From: Schizochytrium sp. TIO01
Taxonomy: Eukaryota > Protista > Bigyra: Labyrinthulomycetes
Direction of reading: 5' to 3'
Length of the DNA stretch: 64,000 nt
NCBI GenBank assembly: GCA_004764695.1
Contig: SMSO01000007.1
Span: 2,053,270 to 2,117,269 of the forward strand
Shown here: in pieces, positions 39,501-49,853 of the stretch
Numbering within the stretch: the first letter of the stretch is position 1
Layout: each line of letters opens with the position of its first letter
The notes under the pieces: generated by a model
Seen by the model: only the letters and a program-made list of their open reading frames with translations
Database searches by the model: none
Told to the model about the DNA's origin: nothing
Program-made: the position numbers and the translations under genes

Positions 39501-42500
39501 GTCCCTTTTTGCTGTGCAAGGGATTTCTCTCGTAGTATTCGACTACAGCTTTTTAAATAAATATAATTTAGTCAAAGTCCTCAATTTGAAAAAATGTGTA
39601 TACAAATTGATGTCCATCAAACTTCAGAAAAATATTACTGTTATACACATAGCTCTCAGTGAACTCTTAGCATACTAACGAAGTCTAACAATACTAAGTA
39701 ATCAATGAAGGAATAAAAAGAAAACTCAGTTTTCTCTGCCGACATCTACATGTGCCAGCGTATAAAAAATTGTTTCAACATCAAACCTGATTTCAAATAA
39801 AGCAATTTACATAGCTATAGACATTACCAGATTAATCAGAAGATTGACATTTGCTGGTAGTCTTACTTTCTGTCCTAACCTGTGAAATTTCTACTTGTGA
39901 AGGAGGAGAAATCAGATTGAAAGTTCAAAGTGACATAATTAAGAATTACTCGCCGTCCCATAATTGTATATGCATATACGTATTTTTATTTTCGAGTCCA
40001 ACTTGCAATGCGCATGTTTCATAGACATGGTCGCCAGGCGAGTTTTTTAAATTATACATGTTGACACGAATTGAAAGTTTATGTGGACATTCCCGACATC
40101 CTTGAGACACGATTGTAAGTTCGAATGTGTTAGGAATCGCGAAGAATAAGAACTAGAGAAGCAAATACGTGCTAATCATGCCTGGTTTTCGGGAATTGAA
40201 AGGGTGCATTTTATATTTAACTTAAGAGAATGCGTTTAGGTGAAATTTGAATCGGTGGGGGCGAGACGACTCGTTGCTTAAATATTTCCAGCTGTGTAAT
40301 ACAGATGAAATATATCTTCTAATTTCCCATTTATAAAAATTGATCAACCCACCTTGACAATCAAATCCTAACTCAGCAGATCGTAAACTGTTAAAATCTT
40401 AAATTCGGAGAGCCTTATTCATTCACCTCAAGCTTTTGAGTATTATTTCTTCATATCGTCAATCAAGCTTGAGCTAATCATAACACACCCTTACGTAGAC
40501 CATCAACAGTGAAATAACTCCAACCTGACGCTAATAAAAACCTAAAGTAGCATTGTGACTCGATTTATGATGTGTATAGCTTCTGCTAAATTGACTTTGG
40601 TCGTTCTCCCTTGCAAATGAATATAACGCTAATGAAATAAATTGGCAAATAATATGCGCGACCATTGATACAGAAAATGTCAACGCTATTTACTGATGTT
40701 GCCAAACTCCTTGTGAAATATAAATTTCGAAAGTGGACATACGGAATCTCGACTAACTTGCTGACATCACCAACCAGAGGGCTATATATAAAGACTCACC
40801 AGAATCCTTTGCACAATAAGTCCAACACTATTAGGAATGGTATATGGACTATCAGATACAAAGCCGAAACTCAAGAGCGAAAGTGGGCAATACAATCAAA
40901 GGAATATAAAGGCACAAACTTGAGTTGCTGGCTTTAAAAACAAGTTATTCTAGCCCCTGAACTTTGCGTAACACAGATGAGGTCTGTTTTAGTCTCCTGA
41001 TTATAATATGAGCAATTCCACCTGGGTGTTCACTCTGTAACCCTAAGTGTACTATGTCCTTTTATGCATTACAACCACCTTCCATTCTTAGTCAATCTGT
41101 CTGATCAGAACTTAGTACTCAGCACAACTGTTGAAGATAGCATTCCCTGTTTTATTATTGTTTTTGAGTTTCGCTCATGTTGTTGGTGATACTAATCTTA
41201 CTTGTTAAATGTTTGTGTATAATTTAAAACAAGATGGGTGCTTTATTTGCACATCGTGCTGAATGTTGCATTTTAAACACCTCAGAGTTGACTGACAAGA
41301 TAAAAGCAAAATGTTTGAAGGCATTTTGAAAATGCTATATTTGCAGGATTGCTGGAAAACGATTCTGGTCAGCTTGAGGGTGACTGTAAAGATGAAGGCA
41401 GGGGTCTTGATGAAGTCTTTTAAGAAGGTTGATTTGGAGAGTTAGTGAATTGCTGTCCTGGAAATCAATTCCAGGGCAGGCTGATTTATGTAGTAATTAT
41501 GGAGCTAAGGCATTCTTGAGCGGTGTTAGAGGTGCTTCGTTTATTCAACCTTTTTATCCATCGATTCAAGTTACACGATACTTGAATCTAGGTGATATAT
41601 AGTCAGTCACCCTTTTGGTTCTTGACTCTGGCAGATTCAGAATCTGGCTGTCTACTACTGATTTGTTTTAAGCCCTATGTTTGCGAGGATTTTAAAGAGG
41701 GACGCCAAGAACTCTAGCAATGTCTTGTCAGCTAGTCCCTTCGATTGGGGATCTCAGCAAGGATCTGACATCTAGAGCTCGCATTCTGATGACCTTTGGA
41801 TTTATTTGCGAGTGAGCACTCCGTTATATTTAATGAATATGGTATTTGCGATATGTGCTATGTTTTACCACATTGTCCCCATGCTTGTTGACTTGAAGAC
41901 TCGGATTTCCTTGTTTACTACACTTATCTACTTGAAAGGTGAACTATACATATAAAAAGCCTTTTGGGGAGTAGCTTCGCTTCTCGAAGGCGCAGCCTTG
42001 GCTAGCTACCTGATTTCATTAGCTGTACTTCAGGTTCGATTAAGTATAGGAGAAATACTCATGACTATTGCGAGAAGTAGGATTGATGGATCAAATCCGA
42101 GCATTTTTAAGGGCTTGAGAAATCTGCAGCTAGCCTATTTTAACAACACTGCTAAGTTTGCCTTAATGAAATCACTTGTGCCTACGTTTTGTGACACGAC
42201 TCGTGCCAAATCTCGTAGCGTTGGTTAAGAACGCTTTTAAGACCCAGATTTATGCTGAAATCATAACTGAAGGAATATTTCTAGATGTCCATCTTCATAA
42301 TTTAGATTGAATTGATATCATGCAACGATTGATTGTGTGTGCAATAGTCAATATAGTGACGTTTTTGCATCAAATAATGCTAAACTTTTCTACAAATGAC
42401 AAGTGGAACTTATTCAGATTCGGTGGAAAGTTTGCCAACCTTACTCTGTGGTATGTTCCTTCTCACTGCAATCTAAGCAGCTTCATGAGTAGTGATGAAG

Positions 42501-43901
42501 AAGCCACATTGAATTCCGACAAGGCTTCAGTATACGTGCAACTTGCAATTCTACTGCATGACTGAGGTAATAAGGTTCAGTAACAACAAAGACTCATCGG
42601 TTACAGGAGCTGTTATGATAGGGTGGACAGTTATTATGAGACCCTCAGAATAGTCGACTAAGGATCCAGTGATCCCTTCAGTACAATCTTTAAACTTTAC
42701 ACCCTGTGAGTGCAAGCAACCTATAACAATGCTAACAAAATTGTATGCTTCAGCTTTGACTATAATTCTTTACCAGGGAATGGGTTCTACGCTAGATTCT
42801 TTAACTCCTATAAACGGCATTGGTATTGCTACCAAAGAAATCCAACAAATGACAAACATCTACGTCAATATATACTATTCAGACTTTAAATCTCAAGACT
42901 ATGACTTAGGTGGTTCGCAATTTGTTGTTTAGCATTGGTTTGAGAAATGTTTCTTATACCTCCAATGAGATCACCTGTTCATTCTTGGAGGCATGAAGTT
43001 TGCCTATGAATGAACAACTTGAATCTCGCTTGCAAATCTACAAATTTGCAATCTTTGATATTGTCAGCTATTATGTTAGAAAAACACTTTTCGCCGCGAC
43101 ACAAACTCAGCTTTTGAAACTGTGAGACATTGTTGGAGTTTTGAGTGATGAGAGGTTATTGGGAGTTTGATAGCTTAGTAAAAGATGGAGCGTATTCAGT
43201 AAAAAGTTAATCGGAGATTGTCTAAGATATGCTTTAGGAGTTAAACTCGTTGCCGATCTTCGTTCAATATTTGCGACTTTCCAAAGGTCTGCCACAAAAT
43301 CTGCAAACTCCAAAGAGACTGTTGAAGTTACAGATGATAAAACGAATTTTAGGAATTGTATGAGTATTGAATCACACAAAATAATTGGAAGACGACCATT
43401 GTAAAGACTTTAAGATTGATTTTAAAGGAGTGTGTAGTACATTCTAAACAGAATTAATAAGGGGAGATCAGAAACTGGAATGCAGAATGTAGTTTCTGAA
43501 TACAAATCCGTCAAAGACGTTGCAGATAGTGTCTTGCGCGTGTGATGAGGTATAAAAATGGTCGAATGCTCTTCCGAAAGCTGCTGAAAAGATGATTCTG
43601 CTTGGGAGATATCAAAACACGCTCAAGTGAAGCATTTTTAAATGTATCGATGATACTAAGACAGACTGTGACAATGTTCTTGAATTTGTGCGTAAGTTGC
43701 AGTGATATATATATATAAATAACATTTTCCGAGTGACTTTTTGTAATTCGACCTATCAAAATAGATTTATACTCTACTATTCATGCAAGTTGATTGTATA
43801 CACTTGTGACATATTGAGTTTACTTCGAAGGTTGTTAATCTATATGAGCAAGTGGATCGAAATTTGTCAAATGCGTCGACAATGTGGTACAGAAAGATTA
43901 G

Positions 43902-44315
43902 TGCTGAGATCTCCAATCGAAGGAACTAGTGGACAAGACATTGCTAGAGTTCTTGGTGTCCCTTTGTAAAACCCATTAGAAAGAAGGTTTACATTAGAAC
44001 AAGAAGAAGCAGCCAGATTTATGTGGCTGCTGAAGCCAAGAACTAGAAGTGTGAATACACATCACCGACACCCAAGCTTGGTTAGCTTGGATCGATGGTG
44101 GAGAAGGTTGGATAACCTAACCCCATCGATTATCTCTAACCACATTCAAGAATGTCTTAATCTCCCTAATTACTACATGAATCCATCTGTCCTGGAATTC
44201 ATTCCTCAGGACAGCAGTTCGCTAACTCTTAAATCAACCTTCTTATAGCCTTCATCAAGCCTTCTACCTTCATCTTTACGGTCAACCTCACGCTAATCAG
44301 TATCACCTTTCAGTA
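43902..44315 (+). repeat. 5' LTR (414 bp, TGCTGA...TCAGTA)
   Basis: Matches 49440-49853 with no difference found by eye; preceded by TSD ATTAG and followed by the PBS. Confidence 0.97.
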
Positions 44316-44328
44316 GGTTATGGGCCCA
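44316..44328 (+). promoter_or_regulatory. Primer-binding site GGTTATGGGCCCA, complementary to the anticodon arm of initiator tRNA-Met (half-tRNA priming)
   Basis: Abuts the 5' LTR; reverse complement of tRNAi-Met UGGGCCCAUAACC; same PBS type as Drosophila copia and yeast Ty5. Confidence 0.9.
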
Positions 44329-44351
44329 AGATTACTTCGAGACTAACCAAG

Positions 44352-45434
44352 ATGAACCAAGAAAATGATCTCTCCAACTCCAAGAACGATCGTACTGATC
44401 AGGCCCAAGCCATGTCGGCCTCAACCAGTAGCTCCACGTCCTCGTCGATCTCGTCTTCCTAGACATCCAACAACCCGAATCAGTTTCAAACTGGGCCTGG
44501 AGGCTCCTCGAACTCGACGAGAATGGAGAGTCTTCTCACCCGACTGGAACATCAAGGGGCAGACTCTCGTAGCCCGCTTGCCCAAGCGGAGCTCAAGTCT
44601 GCCGACGCGACAGAATCAACCCAAGAGAACTCCCAACCGGGAACTGGCACCGGCACAGCTCCTAGTGCACTACATGCACCTGAAAGTTCCAGAAGCCAGG
44701 AACCCCTACAGTCCAACCCAGACCGTACTGGACAACCGACCGATAGAAAGATGGAAAGCATGTCTCCAGCTGTGCTATCACAACGTTATGGGATATCACT
44801 CAGGCTGTTAATCACGATGGGTGGACCCAAACACTTGTCCCTGCAACTGGTGACCCATGGCAGCAACACGGACAATATCTACCAACACTCGTCTGTTCCT
44901 ACCATAGACCTAACTGAACTCGGAGGGAACCGTGGGAACCCAAACAATTCAGGGCACACCCCTTATCTCAGGTCTCAGTTGGACACCCGACCTCCTGGAA
45001 AACTCCCCGATGACCTTTTCCGGCATGCCAAGTATAAACTTCCCGTCATGTCATCTGACATGACGGGAACCTGGGATCAGTATAGAGTCAAACTCTTCAA
45101 TTTTATCGGAACCTATGGTCTCACACCCGAGAACATAGCCAACGCGCCCACACCGGAAATCTGGTTTGACCGAGATCAAAAGCTGTACCAGATCCTGACT
45201 CAGGCAGCTGAAAATGCTCAAGATAAACTATATGTTATCACCGCCCCAAACCTACACAAGTCTGGTACCCAGGCGTGGTATCGTCTCAACGAACTGTTTG
45301 CAGAATCTAGTGTACGAGGTAAAGTACAGATACTCCAACGACTACAAACGGTACTTCAGTCTCCACTTGTCCCTGCAGCTGGTGAGAGTTTTTTGAAGTA
45401 TGTAATGGATACTTCTATCAAATCATCAACCTAG
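44352..45434 (+). pseudogene. gag: Copia gag (disrupted)
   Basis: ATG at 44352, in-frame TAG at 44460-44462, then ORF 44523-45434 with Copia-gag-like WDQYRVKLFNFIGTYGL and GTQAWYRLNELF. Frameshift near 45400; no CCHC zinc knuckle seen. Confidence 0.8.
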
Positions 45435-45517
45435 GCGAACAACAAGCACATCCTCTATCACACAAACGTTCAAAACGCAACAAACGCAAATCTGCGACTC
45501 CTCAAACACACTCGCGT

Positions 45518-45971
45518 TTGGATCCGAACTTGGCTTATCTCAGTCACGTCACACATCCTTCGACAGGTCCAACTTCCTTTATGGCCCTGTCACAGTCTAT
45601 TCCGCCTGATGTCATTCTCTTAGACAGCGGCTGCTCCAAAACAATGACCGGTGATCGCAACTTATTCCAATCCTTGGAACAACTTCCTGCACCTCGACGG
45701 ATCACGGTTGCAAACGGTGAAACCATGGAAATCACCCAAGTAGGACAAAATTCAAGTTAAAATGAAAACCACAAAAGGGAAAACCATCACTGTAACCATT
45801 GATGCAGACTAGGTTCCCTCTCCAGCACCCACTCTCGTTGCAGTTCGCGACCTCACGGATCGCAACTTTGTGGTCTCATTGGGACCCCAACGATGGGAGC
45901 TCTCTACTCCAAGGGGAGATACCGTCATTCTCGGCGACTATCATGGTTCACCATGCATACGTCAAGAGTGA
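45518..45971 (+). pseudogene. pol: Copia aspartic protease (disrupted)
   Basis: LLDSGCSKTMTGD active site and ITVANG flap. Frameshift near 45746; TAG at 45810-45812 replaces the Tyr of the conserved YVP motif; TGA at 45969-45971. Confidence 0.9.
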
Positions 45972-45989
45972 CTAGCTCCTTCTCATGCA

Positions 45990-46890
45990 TTGTTGGCCGT
46001 CTCCTCTAATCGTCAGAGAGATTGGCTTGCCGCTCACCTGCGCTTAGGCCATGCCAACACCACCCGTATGGCTCGTGCTCTCCATGTCTCTCCGTCCAAA
46101 ATACAGTTTTCGTGTCCGACCTGTGCTTTAGCCAACATCAAAACCAGACCTATCCCTCAAGGCCCTCACGAGTCCAGGGCAACCGCATCTCGACAGGCTG
46201 CCACATTAGACGGAGTTGGCCCGTTTCAATCATCATTCATACATGGCTACAAGCATGCCCTAGTGATCCGGGATCTGGTTTCTGGCATCGCACAATGCTA
46301 TGGATTAAAATCTCTCACTCAAGTCACGACTGCTCTTCACCAATGGAGGGCAGACTGGCATGTTTTTTTGAAACCAGACGGGCACGACTTTATGTTGATG
46401 GAGCTTCCTATTTTGTCGGTGGCACACAGTCAAGCAAACTCGCACACAATGGGGATGGAGTCTTTCAATTAGTCCCAGCGGGGTTCATGCTCTTCACCCA
46501 GCTGAATCCTTGAATGGGGTTCTCCTTCGGATGGCTAGAGCCATGCTTATGGCGGCTGAACTTCCCTCTCGCTGTTGGTATTTCGCGTATGAATACGCTT
46601 GTTACATTCGTAACAGACATCCATCCCAACGCTCCACACGATCTCCCTTTGAGATTCACTATGGTCGTTCGCCGTCTCTAGGCAACCTACATATTTTTTA
46701 GTTGTGACGTCGTGTTTGAAGATCAAGCTCCACCAAACAAGCTCGCTCCACGCGGTTTAAGTGGCAAGTTCCTGGGTGTGGCACGACATCACAAGCACTC
46801 TACATATGTCATCCTGAACAACCGCACCACACATCTCATCATTACACGGGATGTACGGTTCTTCGAGAATCCATTGTTAACAGGGTCATG
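45990..46890 (+). pseudogene. pol: Copia integrase (disrupted)
   Basis: HLRLGH...CPTC zinc-binding motif; catalytic D (LDGVGP), D (YVDGA) and E (AESLNG) split across frames; CWYFAYEYACYIRNR, SPFE and KLAPRG...FLG...TRDVRFFE C-terminal motifs. Confidence 0.9.
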
Positions 46891-47950
46891 AACTCCTCCC
46901 CACGGTCCCGCTACCATCAAAACACCGTGGAACGAGGAGGTCCTAAACCAATGGGGGAGCATCTACGCTCCGACTCGAGAAAAGACTCTTCTCTTCGGTT
47001 CAAATCCGTCTACTTTCCTGAGACGTGTGACCTTAACTGGTCGAACTCCTCTTCCTTGTCCTCAATGACCGCTTCCAGCTCAGGTCCAAGTGACCCACTG
47101 GTAGCCTCCTCTTCCAATTTAGGATCTGCGTCCAGCTCTAACAGGCTGTGTGACAACGATGCCCTCTCCGTGGATTCACCCAGTCGCATACTGTCGACAT
47201 CTCGAACTGATCACTCGAGCAGGGTTAGAAATCTACAGGACTTGATACAACCTGATTTCGAGCATGACCTGTCCCAATTTCAAAGACAGGCAAACGCTGG
47301 TCAGGGTGAGCACCGTCAGGATGGGATAGCGTCCCGTGACCTATCGGAGACTCACGATAATTTATCTTTGCCAGAACTCTCCCAAAGGAGTGAGACTTTT
47401 CCGGCGAATATGAGCTCATCACATACTAGTTCTGATGTAGCTGATCCAATCAACATTGAATCCGACATAAACCGTATGTCTATTCCTCCGCATAATACTG
47501 CGGAGTCTGAATCAAACTCTCCACCTTGGTTGAATCCCGATGAGGATCCCAAGGAGCCCGTACCCAATACAGAGGTACGGACCAGGAGTGGACGAATTTC
47601 CCGCCGCACTCAGTGAATGAGTGCGGACGCGGCTGCCCTGGGGAGACCAATACCTATCGCTACCCCTCTCATGTTTTACATGCATCTTCTTTTGACCATT
47701 CCCCGTCCTTTGTCCCGGGGGAGCAGGTATCACAAGCCTATGATGGGACAAAAGCACTACAGAAACGGACAAGTTATGATCACTGTAACAGTCATTCTGC
47801 AATACACGAAATGTATAGCCCATCAAAGAAGAAGAAGTCTCAATCCACAATGGTTGGAATTGACCCAAAAGTAAAACACGACCAACAATCAAAACCCATT
47901 GTAACGCCTCGAAACTTCAGCGAATATCTTCGTTTACCACACCAGGAACG

Positions 47951-49507
47951 ACTGAGGCGATAAGAAAAGAGTGGTCTAATCTTGAGAGGAGTGGGACCTT
48001 CCTCATTGTACCCAAACAGGAGGCAAAAGGCACTATCATCAATGCCGCATGGATTTTCACATACAAAACACTTCAGCAAACCGCCAAGGCCAGGCTAGTT
48101 GCTCAAGGGACTAATGAACCCCTAACATCTCCGTGGGATGTCTTCGCCCCAACCACGGACAGATTATCGCTGAGAACAGCCATTATTGTTGCTCTCACTA
48201 AGAACTGGTCATTCGCGATATTGGATGTATCGGCTGCATTCTTACAAGCAGAAATCGATCATGAAAAGGAACCCATCTACATCCGACCACCGAGAGGCGT
48301 ACAAGTACCAGAAGGATGCATCTTCAAACTTGCTAGATCCCTCTATGGACTGAGAACAAGTCCTCGAAGGTGGGCTGAACACCTAGCCCAAACCCTAGAA
48401 GGTTGTGGACTTCGGAAAAGCAAGTTCGACCCAAGTTGCTTTATCGGACCCGAAGCCATTGTCATCAGTCATGTGGACGACCTATTAATCACAGAAACCC
48501 CGAATTCAGTGAAGAGAACAATCAACACTCTAAAAGCAAAGTATGACGTCAAGTGTGAGATAAACCCAGCCACTGCCACCTACTTAGGTAACAAACATGA
48601 GTTCAACCTGGATGCAAAAACATGCAAGATTTCCCAGGCAGTCCATATAGAAAAGACCTTAAAGGATCACGGGATGGACAAAGCTAACTCATGTAAAACA
48701 CCAATGGAGGCTAAGTGCTATCTTCCTGACCATGATAAAGATGAACAACACCCAGACTACCGAACCATTGTGGGAAAGCTCATGTACCTCAGCTGCACAC
48801 GAATTGACCTTGGATACCCACTTCACCAACTATCTAGACACGGACACAAGAATGGACCAGTACACATGGACGCATGTAAGAGGACCCTCAGATATCTTAG
48901 AGGAACCACAAATGATGGTCTTGTGCTAAAAGGACAGAACTCAGTGAAGGATATCAAGATTAATGTATTTGCTGATGCAAGCTTTGGTCAAATCAACGAC
49001 CCACACATGAAATCGGTAAGTGGATACGTAGTAAGGCTCAATGATAGTGCTGTGTTATGGAAATCAACCAAACAGACTATCACAGCTCAAAGCACCTTTG
49101 AAGCAGAACTCATTAACATCTACGAAGCTAGTCGGGCTGCGGAAGGTGTCCGACATTTACTAGAAGAATTCGGGATCAACATCAGTTGCATTAATATTTT
49201 CACCGACTCTCAAGCAGTAGTAAATGTAGTGGAGAGGGGCTGTTGGCAATCACGAAACAAGCACCTGTCGTTGAAGTACCTTGATCTGTCAATCAAGCTG
49301 AACGCAGGTGACATTCGAATCACACATATCCCCGGCACACTGAACCCTTCCGATTGTCTCACCAAGTCACTGCCTCGCATCGATCATGTACGACATAGTC
49401 ACACACTACTGAATGCACAGACTGTGGACTTGAGGGGAGTGCTGAGATCTCCAATCGAAGGAACTAGTGGACAAGACATTGCTAGAGTTCTTGGTGTCCC
49501 TTTGTAA
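47951..49507 (+). CDS. pol: Copia reverse transcriptase + RNase H, uninterrupted frame (~519 codons; stop lies inside the 3' LTR)
   Basis: EAIRKEW, KARLVAQG, FAPT, LDVSAAFL, SLYGLRTSPRRW, HVDD, FADASFG, STFEAE, FTDSQ, KH, NPSDCLTK. The frame extends 90 codons upstream of the track ORF at 48221. Confidence 0.95.
   Translation, partial: TEAIRKEWSNLERSGTFLIVPKQEAKGTIINAAWIFTYKTLQQTAKARLVAQGTNEPLTSPWDVFAPTTDRLSLRTAIIVALTKNWSFAILDVSAAFLQAEIDHEKEPIYIRPPRGVQVPEGCIFKLARSLYGLRTSPRRWAEHLAQTLEGCGLRKSKFDPSCFIGPEAIVISHVDDLLITETPNSVKRTINTLKAKYDVKCEINPATATYLGNKHEFNLDAKTCKISQAVHIEKTLKDHGMDKANSCKTPMEAKCYLPDHDKDEQHPDYRTIVGKLMYLSCTRIDLGYPLHQLSRHGHKNGPVHMDACKRTLRYLRGTTNDGLVLKGQNSVKDIKINVFADASFGQINDPHMKSVSGYVVRLNDSAVLWKSTKQTITAQSTFEAELINIYEASRAAEGVRHLLEEFGINISCINIFTDSQAVVNVVERGCWQSRNKHLSLKYLDLSIKLNAGDIRITHIPGTLNPSDCLTKSLPRIDHVRHSHTLLNAQTVDLRGVLRSPIEGTSGQDIARVLGVPL
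49432..49439 (+). promoter_or_regulatory. Polypurine tract (GAGGGGAG)
   Basis: Directly abuts the TG of the 3' LTR. Confidence 0.85.
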
Positions 49508-49853
49508 AACCCATTAGAAAGAAGGTTTACATTAGAACAAGAAGAAGCAGCCAGATTTATGTGGCTGCTGAAGCCAAGAACTAGAAGTGTGAATACACAT
49601 CACCGACACCCAAGCTTGGTTAGCTTGGATCGATGGTGGAGAAGGTTGGATAACCTAACCCCATCGATTATCTCTAACCACATTCAAGAATGTCTTAATC
49701 TCCCTAATTACTACATGAATCCATCTGTCCTGGAATTCATTCCTCAGGACAGCAGTTCGCTAACTCTTAAATCAACCTTCTTATAGCCTTCATCAAGCCT
49801 TCTACCTTCATCTTTACGGTCAACCTCACGCTAATCAGTATCACCTTTCAGTA
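49440..49853 (+). repeat. 3' LTR (414 bp)
   Basis: Copy of 43902-44315; followed by TSD ATTAG. Confidence 0.97.

Larger units (their letters stand above)
43902..49853 (+). mobile_element. Full-length Ty1/Copia LTR retrotransposon (5952 bp), coding-defective, recently inserted
   Basis: Two 414-bp direct LTRs; 5-bp TSD ATTAG (43897-43901 and 49854-49858); PBS; PPT; domain order gag-PR-IN-RT-RH, diagnostic of Copia. Confidence 0.98.

Noticed and set aside
12000-43900. Fanzor/TnpB, DDE transposase, CRISPR-like array, telomeric repeats or endogenous viral genes
   Set aside because: No RuvC/zinc-finger, DDE, capsid or repeat-spacer pattern could be recognised in the ORFs or by reading the DNA; highly decayed relics cannot be excluded without a search.
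43733-43969. Host ORF apparently interrupted by the Copia
   Set aside because: Rejoining across the TSD gives only ~80 codons from a GTG with no recognisable domain.
44021-44248. 75-aa ORF present twice (also 49559-49786)
   Set aside because: Duplicated only because it lies within the LTR; no motif.
46888-47616. 242-aa Ser-rich ORF as an extra or captured gene in the element
   Set aside because: Its position between IN and RT and the RTRSGR end match the usual disordered Copia IN-RT linker.
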